The notes under the pieces are model-generated. The model was not told the origin of the DNA and did no database searches. It worked only from the letters and a program-made list of their open reading frames with translations. From NCBI GenBank assembly GCA_030704615.1, contig CM060732.1:29264001-29328000 (forward strand): 64,000 nt of DNA, read 5' to 3'. A program made the position numbers and the translations under genes. Source of the DNA: Takakia lepidozioides (taxonomy: Eukaryota; Plantae; Bryophyta). This document shows, one piece after another, positions 1 to 11,000 of the stretch (positions are counted from its first letter, which is position 1; the number at the start of each line of letters is the position of its first letter).

Positions 1-679
1 TGTCTTGGCAGGTGCAACTTATCGTGCTTGCAAGGCAGCCGGGAAAAGCCTTTTTGGCATGGAGGGCGACACCGAACTATTCAAGAGTGTCATCCTCCCT
101 CTTGTGTCTGGCTCTATGTCTGGCACACAGACTGAATAGATTCTTTTCAGAAATGATGAGGATTCCGAGGATAAGCGACAACGACTTTTCATGTGAGTAG
201 GTCTGCCATGGAATTTTCATTCCACTTTGGGTGCCCTGTTAATCACCGACATCAAATTTAAACATAATAACTTTTTTTCTTGCTATGACTTGCAGGAAAG
301 GCAGCGATGGATCTTCAGAAGAGACCCCCATTTGCGGCGAGACTGTATTCGACAGCCCCCTTTCCACTTTAGTACTTCCTATGTATGCCAAAGCAATGGC
401 ACTTCAAATGACCGAGGCTCTATCCCCTGACTTTTTATTGCCCGATCGCAGGTGTAGCCATTGTAGATCCGGAGTTCTTAAATTCCTGGACTTGGATGCA
501 GAGGACGCGGGGATACATTGTACTGACTCTGAGTCAGACTAAACTTTGCATTTTTAATGTTCTGTTTTCATCCTCTTCGGAAAAGATTGAATTCCCTTAC
601 TTCATTGCAGTTGTTCCGGCAGGAAAAACAAAATTGAAACAAATAATCCACTCAGATTCAATGCCATTCTTCAATGACT

Positions 680-1060
680 CCATCCCACAATCCCACACAC
701 TCATTTCATATCCATTGTTCATTCATCTACTATGTATTCATATCCATTGTTCATTCATCTACTATGTATTCATGCATCATCCATTCATGAATGTTTTCCA
801 TTATTCAACATCCATTGTACATTCATCCACTGTACTCTTGAATCCCCACAATCCCCACACACTCATGTCATGTACATTGTGCATTCATCTACTGTGTATT
901 CATGCATCCTCCATTCTTGAATGTTTTCCATTATTCAACATCCATTGTACATTCATCCATTGTACTCTCATCCATCCCACATTCATCCATCTGCTTGCAT
1001 TGTTCGCACTCATCCATCTAATTCTCATCCACTCTACATTCATCCATCCTGCATTCATCT
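680..1060. repeat. Degenerate CATCCAT/CATTCAT-rich minisatellite with an internal ~160-bp duplication
   Basis: Repeated cattcatccat/ccattgtacattc units; block near 685-835 recurs at ~845-970. Confidence 0.8.
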
Positions 1061-1499
1061 GTTGCTTTCAGGTGGGAATGACCACGTCCTTTTATTATTT
1101 CGTCCAACTTGTTTCCGCGGTTGAGGGTGCTCTTCCGCGGAAATACACTTTACTTCTTCCTTGGCGCGCAGTGACGCGGCGTTTAAGCGCGATGATGTGC
1201 CGTGAGCCCGGTGACGTGGCGTGGGGGCAAGGTGATGTGGCGTGAGCGCAGCTGTGCTCACGCCGAGGCATCCTTACGCCTATGATGAGTGGTCCATTAA
1301 TAGATAAGTTCTTTTCCCTATTGACGACTGACGGGTATCCCTGCATTGATGTATATTCAAGTGACTTCCACAAAAAAGGCTGAGTATGCAATCACGCGGC
1401 ATCTACCAAGCTCATGAACTAATACATGAGAAGTATGTCCATGTTTTCACAGTGTGCTTGTATCGAATAAGTATCAGTTTACGATTTAGCAGGTACTAG

Positions 1500-1950
1500 G
1501 CCAATGTCAAGGTGACTCTGAAATTGTATCAAATGTCATTATGAACACTGCCCTGGCAGCTCTGGAAAAAGGGGAAAGAGGTCCATGGCGACAGTCTGAA
1601 CCATACCCTGGTGGACATGTATGCGAAATGAAGGGCAAGAGGTGCATGGGGATATCATCAAAGCTGGAATTGTGCCAAATGTCAATCTGAACACTACCCT
1701 GGCAGCTTAGGGGAAAGAGGTCCATGGCGACATCTTCAGAGTTGGAATTGTACCAGATGTCATCCTGAACAAAACCCTGGTGAACATGTTTACAAAATGT
1801 GGGTGCATCTAGGATGCAAAGGGAGTGTTCGACACTATGGCTGAACGAGATGTGGTGTCGTGGAGTGCGATGCTTGCATGGTATGCACGGCAGGGACGTG
1901 GGATGGAGGCTTTGGAGAGCTATGAGCAAATGATGGGGGAAGGGGGGGCA
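1500..1950 (+). pseudogene. PLS-class pentatricopeptide repeat (PPR) gene fragments
   Basis: LVNMFTKCG..DA..VFDTMAERDVVSWSAMLAWYARQGRGMEALESYEQM; stops and frameshifts. Confidence 0.9.
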
Positions 1951-2109
1951 CCTTCTTCAATAGCACAATGGCTACGAGTGGGTAGATGGTCAACTGGAAA
2001 CAACAATGGCAGCAGCGCAATTGATAGAACAAGGCCCACTGCTAATGAAGGTACCTTCTTCAACATATTTCACCCTGAATTCCCCTGCTATCAGAGTCGT
2101 CCCTAAGTA

Positions 2110-2200
2110 TCCAAAAACAGGTAACAGATATGAGAAGAAGTTGTGGGATGAATACTCTGACCCCAGTAACTGGTGGGACAACCGAGGCATAAAGGTGAAT
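2110..2200 (+). pseudogene. OSB-type PDF-motif fragment
   Basis: EKKLWDEYSDPSNWWDNRGIKVN resembles the W..FF.NP..WWDNR..K.NP..PDFK motif of organellar ssDNA-binding proteins; cut by the LINE fragment that follows. Confidence 0.7.
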
Positions 2201-2510
2201 GCCTGTCAGATTACAGAGTGTAGCAGATGCAATTGACCATAGGAACTAGTGTGATAAGTTGAGTTGGGTGGAATTGCACTCTCCCTTTCCTCTCTGCTTC
2301 TATTTGCTATTCAAAGGTAGGATTCCTGCCCTTAGTTTAAATTTCAGTCTGGTGCCGAGAGTGGGTAGACCCTTGAGGTCATCCATGATGTCCTCCCCCA
2401 TGTCATAGACTGGAAACAAGTCCAGGGAAGTTTTCTGCCTAACTTCATTCTCATCAGACAATTTTCTGGAAACGGACATGGCTTTGGACACTACAGCCTC
2501 TAAGTCAGTA
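2200..2510 (-). mobile_element. LINE ORF2 C-terminal fragment
   Basis: Reverse complement closely matches 56245-56500 (KTSLDLFPVYDMGED..LKGLPTLGTRLKFKL). Confidence 0.8.
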
Positions 2511-2554
2511 GGGTTGGGGCATTTGCTGGAACAATTCTAAAAGGAGAATGTTTG

Positions 2555-3120
2555 TTAGATTACCAGATGTCATTCTGAACACTGCCCCTGCCCTGGTGGA
2601 CATGTATGCCAAATGTGGGTGCATCGAGGATGCCAAGAGAGTGTTCAACACTATGGCTGAACGAGATGTGGTGTCGTGGAGTGCGATGCTTGCGGGGTAT
2701 GCACAGCAAGGGTGCGGGATGGAGGCTCCAACCTATGAGCAAATGATGGGGGAAGGGGTGAAGCCCGCCGACATAAGGTTTGTGTGTGTTTGCAGTGTGT
2801 TTGGCAGCCCTGGAAAATGGCAAAGAGATCCCTGGTGACATGATCAAATCTGCAATTGTTCCAGATGTCATCCTGAACACTGCTCTGGTGGCCATGTATG
2901 CAATATATGGTAGCATTGAGGATGCCAGGTAGTGTTCAACACTATGGCTGAATGAGATGTGGTGTTGTGGAATGTGATGTTTGCAGGGTGGCAGAGCAGG
3001 GGCGCTGTATGGGGCTTTGAGACTGAAAGCAAATGATGGGGAAGGGGTGAAGTTCGGCCACATCATGTTTGTGTGCGTTTGCAGTGCGTGTGCAAGCCTG
3101 GCAGCCCTGGAAAAGGGCAT
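2555..3120 (+). pseudogene. PLS-class PPR fragments
   Basis: PDVILNTA..LVDMYAKCGCIEDAKRVFNTMAERDVVSWSAMLAGYAQQG; CSACASLAALEKG; disrupted frames. Confidence 0.9.
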
Positions 3121-3124
3121 CGGA

Positions 3125-3235
3125 GGGGGGCTGCTATTTCATGAGCGGCATGAGCATGAGCGGAAAAAAAAAAGCATGAGCAGACCATTGTGAGTCCACG
3201 GAAATAGGGTTAGGAGGCACGGAAATAGGGTCATG
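3125..3235 (+). mobile_element. DNA transposon terminus (GGGGGGCTGCTATTTC) with CACGGAAATAGG subterminal repeats
   Basis: Abrupt end of PPR sequence; imperfect inverted match to 21308-21328; same 12-mer at ~3197, ~3218 and ~21258. Confidence 0.6.
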
Positions 3236-3345
3236 TGAAGTTGGAATGTGGCACCAGTGGACTTGAAATGCAACATTTTATTGCAAATTTTGTGGCAAGC
3301 CACGTCTATACAAGTGTGTTCTAATTGTCATAGCCGGAATGGGCA

Positions 3346-6300
3346 CTACTCTCCTACACCCTCCGAGGAACTTGCCCCACCTTCTTCCTCATCCCCCTCA
3401 TCCTCCTCATCCTCCGAGCTCTGTGATGCATCAGTTCCACTATGCCTCTCAAAAATCCCGTCCTCTCCTTGGGGGACTGTCCACCTCACCTCCTGGGAAT
3501 CTTTTGCGTCTTCTCCCCCACTTTCCTCAGCAGAATCCAAGACAAATCTACGAGCCCGACGGGCTCTAATAGCTGCTGCCTCCTCCCTCATCTTCATTTT
3601 CTTGAGGCTTGCCTCATCTAAAATCTGCTGTACACGACTACGTTCGGAACACCTCCTAATGGACACCGAAGCAAGCCGGGCAGCATAAGTAGGAAGGATG
3701 TACTCCCTTTTTGGACTAGGCATGAAATCCCCCCTGGCAAAAAAAGGCACGTTCCTCCTGCCCATGAACTCCGGTGTAGACGTCCCTCCGGCAGTACTTG
3801 GCATCCTACAGTAAGAACAAATCCACTTCAAGAATGTCAATACCAGCACAACCAGAAAGGGTTTTCAATGAAATAAGAGAGCGGAGGGAGGTGCCTCACA
3901 AAATCTGGAGGCAACTTACAATGCCACCACTCACTCGTAAACCGGGGGCTCCTCGGCCTCGATCCCAACTTCCTCCCCTTGCTCCTTCTCGGATTTTTCC
4001 TCATCCTCCGAGGATGCCTCTTCCTCTTTCGGCAGACGTTCAGCCGCTGCAAGTTCCGAGTTGTGGAGGGCAGTATCTGGCTCGAAGGCGAACACATGCC
4101 TGTCGGACAACGTCCCTGCCCACATTGAAGCACCTGAGGAACAAAGCAGGCGGTTAATAGCTTGCGGCATGCAATTGCAATCGGGCCAGGGGACAAACTG
4201 AGCACGTGAAGGCTTACCCGTGCCGCATGTGAGGTCCAGAATCCGCCCTTGGACATCCGAGCACGTCTCCATGAGGGTTGGATGAAAGCAGGGCTCCGGG
4301 TCTGGCTGTACCACCACGGTTTGCCTGTCTTTGTGTCCTTTGGCATACTGGAGTGGGGCACATAGTTGTAGAGGACATCGTAGGTTACAGGGTCCACAGC
4401 GGCATCAACAAGACGACCGTCGTTGCGGAATTTGAACGTAGACCCTCTCTTCACAAAGCAATATGCCTCAAACACCAATGTCTGCACATCCAACAAAGAA
4501 GGGATCAACTCCAGGGTCTACTTAACATACACCACAATATGAAGTGAATGCAATAGATTGATAACTTACACTTTGACCCTCTGTTCGCAACCCCTGTGTA
4601 CTGATGCAGAACCATTTTTGAGGAGGACCGGGGTGACACTTTTCGGTGTCCACCTTGCCACCGCATTCTCTGTGGTCTTCCCTCTCGTGGCAAGGACAAC
4701 CACACATCCACCGTCATCCAGAAGCATCCCCGCCAGCCCAAACCCGGCTTTCCAGTAGTCCTCAGTAAACCTGTTCCAGGTGGGCACACCATCCAGGCCC
4801 TCCAGCAGCTCCCCATCTGGAATGTCGAGGAGAATCATGTCGCAAGCTCTCTCCACCTCAACCCCCCCCCGAGTGCTCTTGCAATTCGTGCTCACAGCCG
4901 TGAAGAATTCCATCATGGCTTCAAAACCAGGGTGTCTTAGGCTCTGTACCACCAGCCCTCTTCTTGGCTTTCCCCTTCTGCTCCGCCAGAGACTTGCTGT
5001 GTGCCACCTTCTTCGCCCTGGCAGCGAGAGCGTCAAGGAAGCTCTCATTGACGCATTGGATGATGGTTGGAGGTTCTAGCTTTGGCCTGTGCGTAAACGT
5101 CACCGCCGAATACCGCCGTGTAGGCTCGCCCTCAAATGCCAACTTCTTGCAGAGCCAGTCCCACTCCGAACTGACTTGGGAACCCGGACGACCGGTGACT
5201 GGGTAGGAGCAACAGCAGTCGCAGGACCTTGAACAAAGTCGTCGTCCGAGTCACTCTCTTGGGTCCCCTCCTGCGCCTCCTCCGATGCCCCGATGGTTTT
5301 CTTCTTTTTGGGTGTTACTGCACTCACCTGTTTCCTTGTCCTTTTCCTTTGGCCTTTACTCTTCTCATGCAATTTCTCCTGAATTCCTGCCTGAGCAAGC
5401 TTTGCCGCTTTCCTGGAGTTCGCAAGCGCTTTTGCCTCTTTTGCACCCAACGGAGGCAGCGGAGCCCGGTTTCGTCGGAATTCAGCATCCAGCTTCAATT
5501 GAAACTCGGATGGGTCGAGCGAGCCGGGCGGAAGGTCCACATACCAAGGGCAATCACGCAAATGTTCCAGATGCCACTTCACAATATCGTCAGTGTACAT
5601 GGAGTCAGCCCCAGGGTTCCTCCATGCCAGGAAGAATGGTGGCTCGAAAGACAGATGACCTTTCTCCAAAAGGGAGAACTTGCAGTACCTGCATTCATGA
5701 AAAACACAATGAGGTCCCTGAAATGCATATTCGGCACCATTTTCCCAGGTTGGGGCGGATTGTGAGTGGGCCTAGAAATGGAAAAATGGCGCCGAATTTC
5801 GGTTTTCGGTGACTGCCACCCGGGACTTAGCCATCTTGGGAGCCCTGAACTGGAAAATTCGGCGCCATTTTTCCCGGTTTGGCCCGAAGATGGCTAAGTC
5901 CCAGAACCGCAATAGGGCCTAGAACTGGAAAAATGGCGCCGAATTTCCAGTTCAGGGCCAGCCACCCTAGGGACTTAGCCCGAAAATGGCTAAGTCCCTG
6001 ACGGCAATAGGGCCTGAACTGGAAAATGGCGCCGAATTTCCAGTTCGGGCCAGCCACCCTAGGGACTTAGCCCGAAAATGGCTAAGTCCCTGAACGGCAA
6101 ATAGGGCCTGGAACTGGAAAATGGCGCCGAATTTCCAGTTCGGGCCAGCCACCCTAGGGACTTAGCCCGAAAATGGCTAAGTCCCTGAACGGCAATAGGG
6201 CCTGAACTGGAAAATGGCGCCGAATTTCCAGTTCCGGGCCAGCCAGTCTAGGGACTTAGCCCGAAAATGGCAAGTCCTGAACGGCAATAGGGCCTGGAAC

Positions 6301-8005
6301 TGGAAAATGGCGCCGAATTTCCAGTTCCGGGCCAGCCAGTCTAGGGACTTAGCCCGAAAATGGCCAAGTCCCTGAACGGCAATAGGGCCTAGAACTGGAA
6401 AATGGCGCCGAATTTCCATTTCAGGGCCAGCCAGTCTAGGGACTTAGCCATTTTCGGAGCCCTGACTGGAAATTCGGCGCCATTTTCCCTAACACCACAT
6501 GAGGCTTCTAACATCCTGAAATGCAAGGACTTGAAAGAAAGGCAGCGCGTATGTACCTGTACAGAAGGCGCATTGCTGCTTTGTCCGCGTTCGGCTGGTC
6601 GGTGAACTCGTGGCTCCGGCGAGCATCTGCTATCTCCCGAAAGAATAGGTTGGTTTTGTAGAGCAGAAAGTACCTCGTCACATAGTCACGTAGGCTCTCT
6701 GCTGCAGGAGATATCTCCATCTTGAACTGATGTGCTTGTGTGTCCAGCTGCTCTTGCGCATTCGTCGTCACCTGTGGAGATTCTCCATCAGATCGCTTTC
6801 CTGAAAAAATACAATGAATCCACCCCCTACTAGAGTAGAAGCCCCAAACGAAGCGTGGGGAAGTACCTGAAACCACCATGTCATGCGGTTCATCCACATG
6901 TCGAATGTGGGGTCAGAGAGTTTGTCCGGTTTGGGGAAGCTCCACATGTCCCTGGTACTTTGGGAACCATTCCAGATTTGGAGCCACCGGGTCTGTCCAA
7001 CCACCCAGCATATTCGTGAGCGCCAAACACCACAAAAACAAGTTATTGCCACCACAATTTGGTTAAGAATGTATCACCTTTTCTGTTGCATCCACACAGG
7101 ATGTGGCTAGACAATGGAGCTTCTCCAATGTCATCGTGGGCTTCAGAGCGCGAGAGTAGTGCTTCCCCACCTCCACCAGAAAGTTGGCACCAAGGGCGGG
7201 ATCAGCTATGGCCACGTACTTTACCATCCGCGACTTGTACTTTATGCGGGCCCTCACCTCCGCAGCTTTGACATACGATTCGAGTTCCGGGAGGGTTGGA
7301 TTCTTCTCCTCTGACTCCATGTAGAACCTCCGCGCATGTGCCAAATCCTGTTGTATTTTCGTCTGTCAAGAATGCGCACATAAGATTAGAGATCCTGCTC
7401 AACACAATTTCTTCTATTGGGGGAGGAGAGACAGATTAGCTCAACAAAACTGTCAGGAGCTTTACCCGAAATATGTAGTCCACCATGGCGTCGACGCTCA
7501 GCCTATACCAGGTTCTGTCTGCCTTTGCCTCCGACTTGCGCAGGAGGTCGGCACTAAGGGAATTGGCAAACTCTTGCACCCCCTGCTTCCCGACATCCTT
7601 CACTCGGAAGAGCATATGGGACAAGTTGGTGGCAATGAAGGCATTCTCAGTCACCCTACAGTGCCACATTTCCATCAAACAATACTGAAATGGGAATTTT
7701 CATCATATATGAGGATTCGCAATGAAATTACTTCCAAATTCAAAGTCCAAAAGCGAGAGGGGTTGTAGCTTACGAGTTGATGTCGGCCATTGCAGCTTTG
7801 AGAAGACTGCGATCTTTGGGCCCCGCAACCTTCAGCACAACACAATCCACGGCGAAATGCCAATCGAGGTCGTTGGGGTGGGCTGGGCAAATGTGCTCCA
7901 TCCATGCCAGGAGGCGATGATTGCCGTCCCACACGTAGAACATCTTACGGACAAGTGCTGGAAAAGAGAATCACTAGCAATCGATCTCTCGAACTCCTCA
8001 TTTTG
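3346..8005 (-). pseudogene. ParB/Srx-like + beta-class amino-methyltransferase-like gene, paralogue B (spliced, 5'-truncated, frameshifted)
   Basis: MFYVWDGNHRLLAW (~7943-7900); CDMILLDIPDG..W..YW...LLDDGGCVVV (~4850-4700); LMETCSDVQGRILDLTCGTG (~4275-4217); RHVFAFEPD; exons collinear with paralogue A. Confidence 0.8.
5760..6490. repeat. Tandem array of ~88-bp units, each made of two hairpins, inside an intron of paralogue B
   Basis: About 7 copies of gggcctgaactggaaaatggcgccgaatttccagttcgggccagcc..agggacttagcccgaaaatggctaagtccctgaacggcaata; donor ~6556, acceptor ~5718 on minus strand. Confidence 0.95.
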
Positions 8006-11000
8006 CGTGAGATCCAAAATGCGGGAGCCAGGAGGTGAGCATGTCTCCAACAACACTTGCATGAAGGCGGGACTACGGTCTCGTGCACCCCTCCAGGCTT
8101 GTTGAGGAGTTTGCATGGGTAGTGCAACATCTGGAATGTGGTTGTAGATGGCATCCAACTCAACAGGGTCTGCAAGGGGGTCCACAACTTTGCCAGACTC
8201 ACGCAGTTTGAATAGTCCTCCTTGCTTGGTGAGGACATGGGCGTGGAAGAACATGGTCTGTTAGACGTGCCATTTCCACAAAAACAGTGCACCCGGATGG
8301 TTTAATAATATGTATGAGAGTAGGAAGATGAAACATCAAACAGCTGTCAGGTCCGAACTGAAGTGTCTTCCTGCAACGTGAGTTCTTGCATCACTGTTTT
8401 GAGGGATGATTTTTACCTTTCTTGTCTGAGTGTGTAGAGGGGTGGTATTGATGCAAGTATATTTCCTTGATAATACGGAAATAGAGCTGCCCCTGGAGTA
8501 AGAAAAGAGCTCCAATGCAAAGGAATCATCGGAGCCCTGCAAGAACACCAAGCATCCATTGTCATCCAACAGGTCATTAGCAATGGAGAATGCATACTCC
8601 CAATACCGTTTATCAAAAGCATTCCAGGGAGGAACCTGTACACCATCCAAACAGCCCTGTACAAGCATTCCTGTTGGGCAGTCCACGATGATCATGTCCA
8701 CAGCCACATGCACGCTTTTTCCATCCACAACACTAGACCAAGTTCCTGGCAACTGCAAACAACATACAGAAAATGTAGGAGTCAATAGCCGGATGATGAG
8801 GATATAAAAACATCGAAGAATTCCTTACATTCAAGTTTGTTTGTTGGGGGAACTCACATTTTTTAAGAACTCCATGAGCTCTTTCAAGGTCGCATCAGGA
8901 GATGTACTTGAGGCCTCCACCATATCAATGAAATGAGTAGGCATGATCTTCATGCGATACATGCTAGGTGCACCACCAGAAAATGACACTGCACTGTAAG
9001 GATGTTCGCCTGCCTTTGGCTTGTTTCCTCGAGTAGTAGGTGCAGGCACTACAACCAACTGATTTGAAGGATGTGAAGAACTACCAATAGGACCAGCAAT
9101 AGGGCCACACCTGCATTGACATCCGCACCTTTTCTTTTTTGTGATTTGCGTTTTGGTACACCCACAACGGCAGGGACCACTTGGGCTACAGCGTCAGCGG
9201 CCTGTGTAGCAATCTGTTCTGCATGCTCCAGATCAAGAACAGGGACTTCAGTGGAGATACCCCCTTCATCACTCACTGACTGCCTGCGAACACATTCCTT
9301 ATGAAGTCCCATTTCTGCATAGGGGATAGTACCCTTGGGCATATCCAAATACCAACCCCCCCCTTCCCGGTGTTCCACACCCCAATCTTCCTCAATTGCA
9401 GGTGTGTACATGGAAGCTTGTTGAGCACCAAACTTCCAGGCCATCAGAAACTTGGGCTCAGCCTTAAGTCGATCACTCGGTACAAGCACAAATCTCATGT
9501 ACCTAAAATACAAACACATTCAAAGTTATTGTGGAGACAAATATTTATGCAACCTGTTCAACAATTGAACAAGCACATTAAGAAACATGTATATCCCAAT
9601 GTACTAGAAAAATACTTGAAGCATAGACATTTTTGACTTACAAGGTGTATACACTATCCATGTACAATGCAATGGAAAGATGGTACCTGAATAAAATCCG
9701 TCTCACCACCTTCTCCCCACCTGTTTGTTGTTCCCAATCATTGCCTCTGAATGGCCCCTTTGGCAATGAGAACTCTCTATGAAACAACTCATTGAAATGA
9801 GTCATCTTCCATGTATCCATGTAGTCTCCCAGACTCTCACTCTCTCCTTCCTCCAAGGCAACATGAAATTGGCCAAGCTGAGTGGTGTACAAGGCAAACT
9901 GAGCCAAGGCAACCTTGCGAAGCTGCCAGAAAATACAGTCAGTTAAATAACTATGTTAATGTGTCATCAACAAAATGAATTAATTGCATTGAGAAGATAG
10001 TGATTGTATATGTACCTGCCACCAAAAAGTCCTTCTATTCAGCCAAGGATCAAGTGTTGGCCCACTGATAGGCCCGGGTGGAAAAAAATTACGGTCGTGA
10101 AGTGTTTGGTCTCCATTCCATATATGTAGCCATTCCACCTTTTCTTCAGGATCCACCCGGGCGGTAGCAATGTTCACCATTTTCTCTTGGGTCATTTCCT
10201 CTGATCCTGCCTTTACACGTGACCAATGCAGTTTAAGTTCTTGGAGAAAACCCTCTCCAAGGGTTGGATCAGCAATAGGAAGCAACTTCACAAGCTGACT
10301 CTTGTGTTGCTCCCTTGCTTTCAATCCAGCCTGTCTCATTGTATCTTCAAGGCCCTCTTGACTCTTTGGCCCCTCAGCAAGTTTGTAAGCTTCCCCCGCC
10401 ATGCGTTGGGCCTCAACAATATCATGCTGCCAAAAGAACCAAAACAGTTCATAACATGAACCAGAGGTGAATCTTGTCTATGGATGCAAAGAATGAAACT
10501 TGGTTAAGACATGATGTTACCTTGTACAAAATCTCTGTCATTGCATGGACTGTCAGGTTATACCAAGTCTTTCCTGCTTTCTTGATGCATTCGTCGTATT
10601 GCTCTTTCCTCAATACATTCTTCCATTCAGAGACAGGTGTAAGGCCAATCATATTGACCTTGCAAACCAAGTGCACAAATTTGGATGTAACATGTGCCCT
10701 CTCTGTTGCCCTGCACATATAAAATATGATCATTAGAAAGAAGATGTGTATATGTACATCCATTGAGCAAGAACATGACAACATTGAACATGAAAGTAAA
10801 TGAAGAATAGAAAGGAAACTCACACATTCACTCCATCCATGATGGACCTGAGGGAACCACGATTTTCAATGTCCGCATTGAGCACCCAACTTGTCACACA
10901 GACATGTCTTGACAAGTTGGCCCCATGAACTTCATTGATATAGGGATACCATGCTTGAAGCCTATGATTCCCATCCCAGACATGAAACATCTTCCCCCGA

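Noticed and set aside
496-1245. 249-aa His/Ile-rich ORF
   Set aside because: Product of the CATCCAT minisatellite; no recognisable protein motif
5760-6490. CRISPR-like palindromic repeat array
   Set aside because: Units are contiguous and near-identical with no unique spacers, lie in a spliceosomal intron, and no cas genes are present
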